Assembly (NCBI GenBank): GCA_965644295.1
Contig: CBFFRP010000616.1
Coordinates: 1-64,000, forward strand
Source: Paraphysomonas bandaiensis
Taxonomy: Eukaryota > Protista > Chrysophyceae
Direction: 5' to 3'
Length of the DNA: 64,000 bases
The notes beneath the pieces were generated by a model. It was not told where the DNA came from. It saw only the letters and a list, made by a program, of their open reading frames with translations, and searched no databases. Shown here one piece after another: positions 60,693 to 64,000 of the stretch (position 1 is the stretch's first letter; each line of letters begins with the position of its first letter). Both the position numbers and the translations under genes were made by a program.

Positions 60693-63466
60693 ATGCGAGT
60701 GGCGTCAGGGTGTCGAGGTGTCGGTCATCTATGGTCGTCTAGGTATAGATGGACCCCTCAATGCACACATATATACACATGTCGGCCCCTCTCCTCCCCT
60801 TCTCAGACATCAGACTCTCCCTCGACAATGGTATGATAGTAGACACTGTCTTGCATCCTGTCGTATATATATGTCTCTTATGTGTTGCATGGAGCTCATG
60901 GTGGTGTGTGGTGCAGTGATGTATAGATGAGGGGTGTAAAGATTAGTCGTATACAGTGCAATGATGATAATATAGTGGCGTGATGTATAGTGTAGTGATG
61001 TATATTGGAGTGATGTGTAGTGTATTGTCTTTCAAGATCGTGTTATGATTTTGATATTTAGATAGTGCCGTATCTCTATAGTGTCTGCTATACAAACTAT
61101 ACTAAATGTTTTGTCTATTATGTATGGATATGTGTTTTCAAGAGCCATCACTGTCTACTATTCTGTGCAAAATATAGTCAGTGGGGTCTCTACTTTTATG
61201 TGTCGAATATAGTGTATCTACTATTGCACGTGGTGTAAAATGTGTATCAAGTGTCTATAGTATGGAGCACCAATTGCTTTGTTCTAATAAAACGTGTTCA
61301 ACATTATGTGATGTATATTATCTGATATGTGGATTACATTGTATCGTCTCTCATTTGTTGTGTTCGCTATTGCTTAGGCGGGCCACTCTGGGGGTATGAA
61401 GCCTAAGCTAAGGGTCGGGTCCCTCCTTATGAACAAACCCTCCGCCGCTTTCACCATTAGCAAAACCGCTAATATTCTGCAGGCGATATCTCACCTTGTG
61501 GATAATAAGACGTCGGCGTCACTTGTGATGGATGATAACGACAATATTATAGGGATGTTCACAGCGCGCGATATCCTTCGATTCATAAAGAAGCACACAG
61601 AGCCTAAGCGTAGCGCGTTGTCGTCGGGAACGAATAAGTCAGAAGACTCTTTGAGCAGGCAAGTAGTCGAAGCAATGACTCCTGGAGACAAAATGGTGAG
61701 TGTCAGAGCATTTACTGTCATGTTTTACTGGGATGCTTTCAGGTATTTTGTAAGCCCACAGACACAGTGAAGCGATGCCGCGAAATTATGTTTCAGCTTA
61801 AGATTCGCCATGTCCCTGTTATATATGAGGGCGAAGTTCTAGGTAAGTAAATTCCCGCATTGCCGCTGTATGTCACTGCGACTTATATTGAAGGGATCGT
61901 CCACAGTAAAGACCTTGCAGACTCCGCCTTCACTTTTCATGACACCGGTGGAAAGAAAGGATTCATATCTAATGTTGTGGGGAGAAAAGGTCTACCGGCT
62001 GGCACAAGGGTGCAGCGTAATTCCTCAGCAGATACGCCAGCCGCTTCTCAGCTGGCAGTAGAGAGTGGCGCCTTTGCCCTCCCTCATCCCTTCAAGACTG
62101 ACGGTGCTGTGGCCGCCAATTACAGGTGCACACTCATATCTCTCTTTCCTCTTTCTGAGGGAGTTGGATGGTGGTTTCAGGCAGTACGGTGCGCATGAGG
62201 CGGCGACAGACATGAGTCTATGCGAGGATGCTTACTTCGTTATTGGTGTAGAAACGCCATGCAAGGGGACGCAGGTAGGCTAACTCCACGAGATGGTATA
62301 CTGCCTAACAGTATGTGCAGGTGTATGCCTGTGTGGCTGATGGCGTCGGTAGCTGGAGACAATATGGAATAGATCCGCGGCTGTACGCCAAAAGGTCTCC
62401 TCCTTTAGTGCTTCACTTTTTACTCTTATCGAATTGCAGACTCGTGGAGAACGCCCAGACGGTAATAGAATCTGAGAGCAAGGGGAGGTTGGAGGCAACC
62501 TCACTGTTCGGCCAAGACTTGGGTATAGAGTCTGAGGCATTGCACCCCTATGACATTATCATGGAAGCGTGGCACATAACCTCAGCTGAAAAGGTTCAAG
62601 GTAGCTCCACCATATGCGTGGCTACTGTCGACTACAACCTCAGTCAGCTGTTGTACTCTAATGTTGGCGATGGCGGATTGATGGTTCTCCGCCACATTGA
62701 CTCTGAGACAGCGGGGTATATGCGAGACAGACATATGCCCCGCGACATGCGCAAACACGATCTCCGAGTTGCATATCTTTCCCAGCAGCAGCTTCGATCA
62801 TTCAACCTACCCTTCCAGCTCGGCTACATGTAAGTCCCTGTCCTGTCATCTCTGTCGCACTCTTCATTAGTATCGCAGCGACAGCGAAACAGATTATGAA
62901 GGATCCTTTGAATCTCCTGTTGATGCTGACACAGGTTGGTGTATACTGCACTACTTCAGCTCAGCTTACAGTTGATTTTGCACAGCTTCCATTCCGGTGC
63001 TTCCAGGTGATATTATCATCCTTGCGACAGATGGGCTGTTCGATAATGTGGAGCTCAGTAAGTTTCTTTTACGAAGTTTACCTTTCCTTCTCTAACGAAC
63101 TATGCAGCTGATATTATCAGTATAGTGGGACAGTGGGAAAATAAGCACTTCCCACCGTCTGCAAAGTACCCCGTCAAGGGCGAGGTGCGTGGGCATTTAA
63201 AGTTGATAATTTCTTATGTGGGTTATGGCGTGTATGTGTAGGCTCTCAAGTATCCCCTGCAACACAGCGGTGCCTCCTCTGGAGACACAGTGTGTGCTGA
63301 ATTGGCTGAAACGTTGGTGCGCATTGCCCGACAGTATTCTCTGGACTCGAGCCGCGATTCTCCCTTCGCTGTCCTTGCCAAGGAGAACGATATAATGTGG
63401 GGAGGCGGTATGCCGGATGATACCTCTGTCGTGGTAATGAGAGTAGTCTCATCGACGTCACCATGA
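60693..63466 (+). CDS. CBS-pair + PTC7-type PP2C (PPM) phosphatase fusion with a putative mitochondrial presequence
   Basis: Exon 1 MRVASGCRGVGHLWSSRYRW... CBS motifs: SASLVMDDNDNIIGMFTARDIL, IRHVPVIYEGEVLGIVHSKDL. PTC7 motifs: CEDAYF, VADGVGSW, GSSTICVA, NVGDGG, SFNLPFQLG, LATDGLFDN, GGGMPDDTSVVV. All introns are GT-AG and keep the frame. Confidence 0.88.
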
Positions 63467-64000
63467 GTGTGGCCAGTCGACACTTACATCCTACCACCTT
63501 CTCAGCTCATCCCTTTCAGCGGTCACTTCTAGAGTCTAATCACGGGTGGAAATATGCGTGTAAAACCAGCCCCTACTAAATAGCATCGCGGTGAATTTAT
63601 TTTTGGGTGGTTCAGATACTTCGTATAGAGTAGAATTATTTGTCAGTAGTTTAGGTTTCTATCATGGAATGCATTTGAGTGACTTGCCTTCACACTATAT
63701 TGCTTTTAATTTAAGATGTTTTGAACCGATTTCCGGAAGCTGTGTATTTTTTTTATATTGTGCACGAGTTGCATATTATAGTAAGTTCTGTGATATACGA
63801 CGTCCCTTTAACTTTTTCGAGATCACTTTTCTTACTTGGTGATAAAATTTTACAGAATTTTATTGGAAACTATAAAATATATAATTGAAATTTGACATAA
63901 CTGCATAAATAACGCAGAAATTGACGGGAAGATATAAAAATGAGACGAGGTAATAATAAAGAGTTTGAGTTCAACAATGACAAGATTAATCAGAAGTGTT

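Noticed and set aside
1-64000. tRNA, rRNA or snRNA genes
   Set aside because: None recognised by eye. tRNAscan-SE and Infernal would be needed to exclude them.

Overview
This window is eukaryotic nuclear DNA with short GT-AG introns and many transposons. The gene style suggests a protist, possibly a stramenopile, but that is inference. Host genes are a dynamin/mitofusin-like GTPase (runs off the left end), a broken P-loop NTPase, TOR kinase, a large helical-repeat protein, a PT-rich type I membrane protein, U2 snRNP A' (plus an ATG-less tandem copy), DNA primase large subunit, and a CBS-pair/PTC7-type phosphatase fusion with a mitochondrial-like presequence. Mobile DNA includes two intact Ty1/copia elements with identical LTRs, one internally decayed copia with identical LTRs, several copia remnants and solo LTRs, and hAT-type elements. 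The most notable observations are: (i) in all three copia elements the gag start codon is formed by the last LTR base plus the TG of the tRNA primer-binding site; (ii) two divergent copia families share a perfectly conserved, base-pairing non-coding element just upstream of the PPT; (iii) one young copia has TA...TA instead of TG...CA ends; (iv) the CBS-PTC7 fusion; (v) a TOR with altered FRB and kinase-loop residues. All comparisons were made by eye and no database searches were run.
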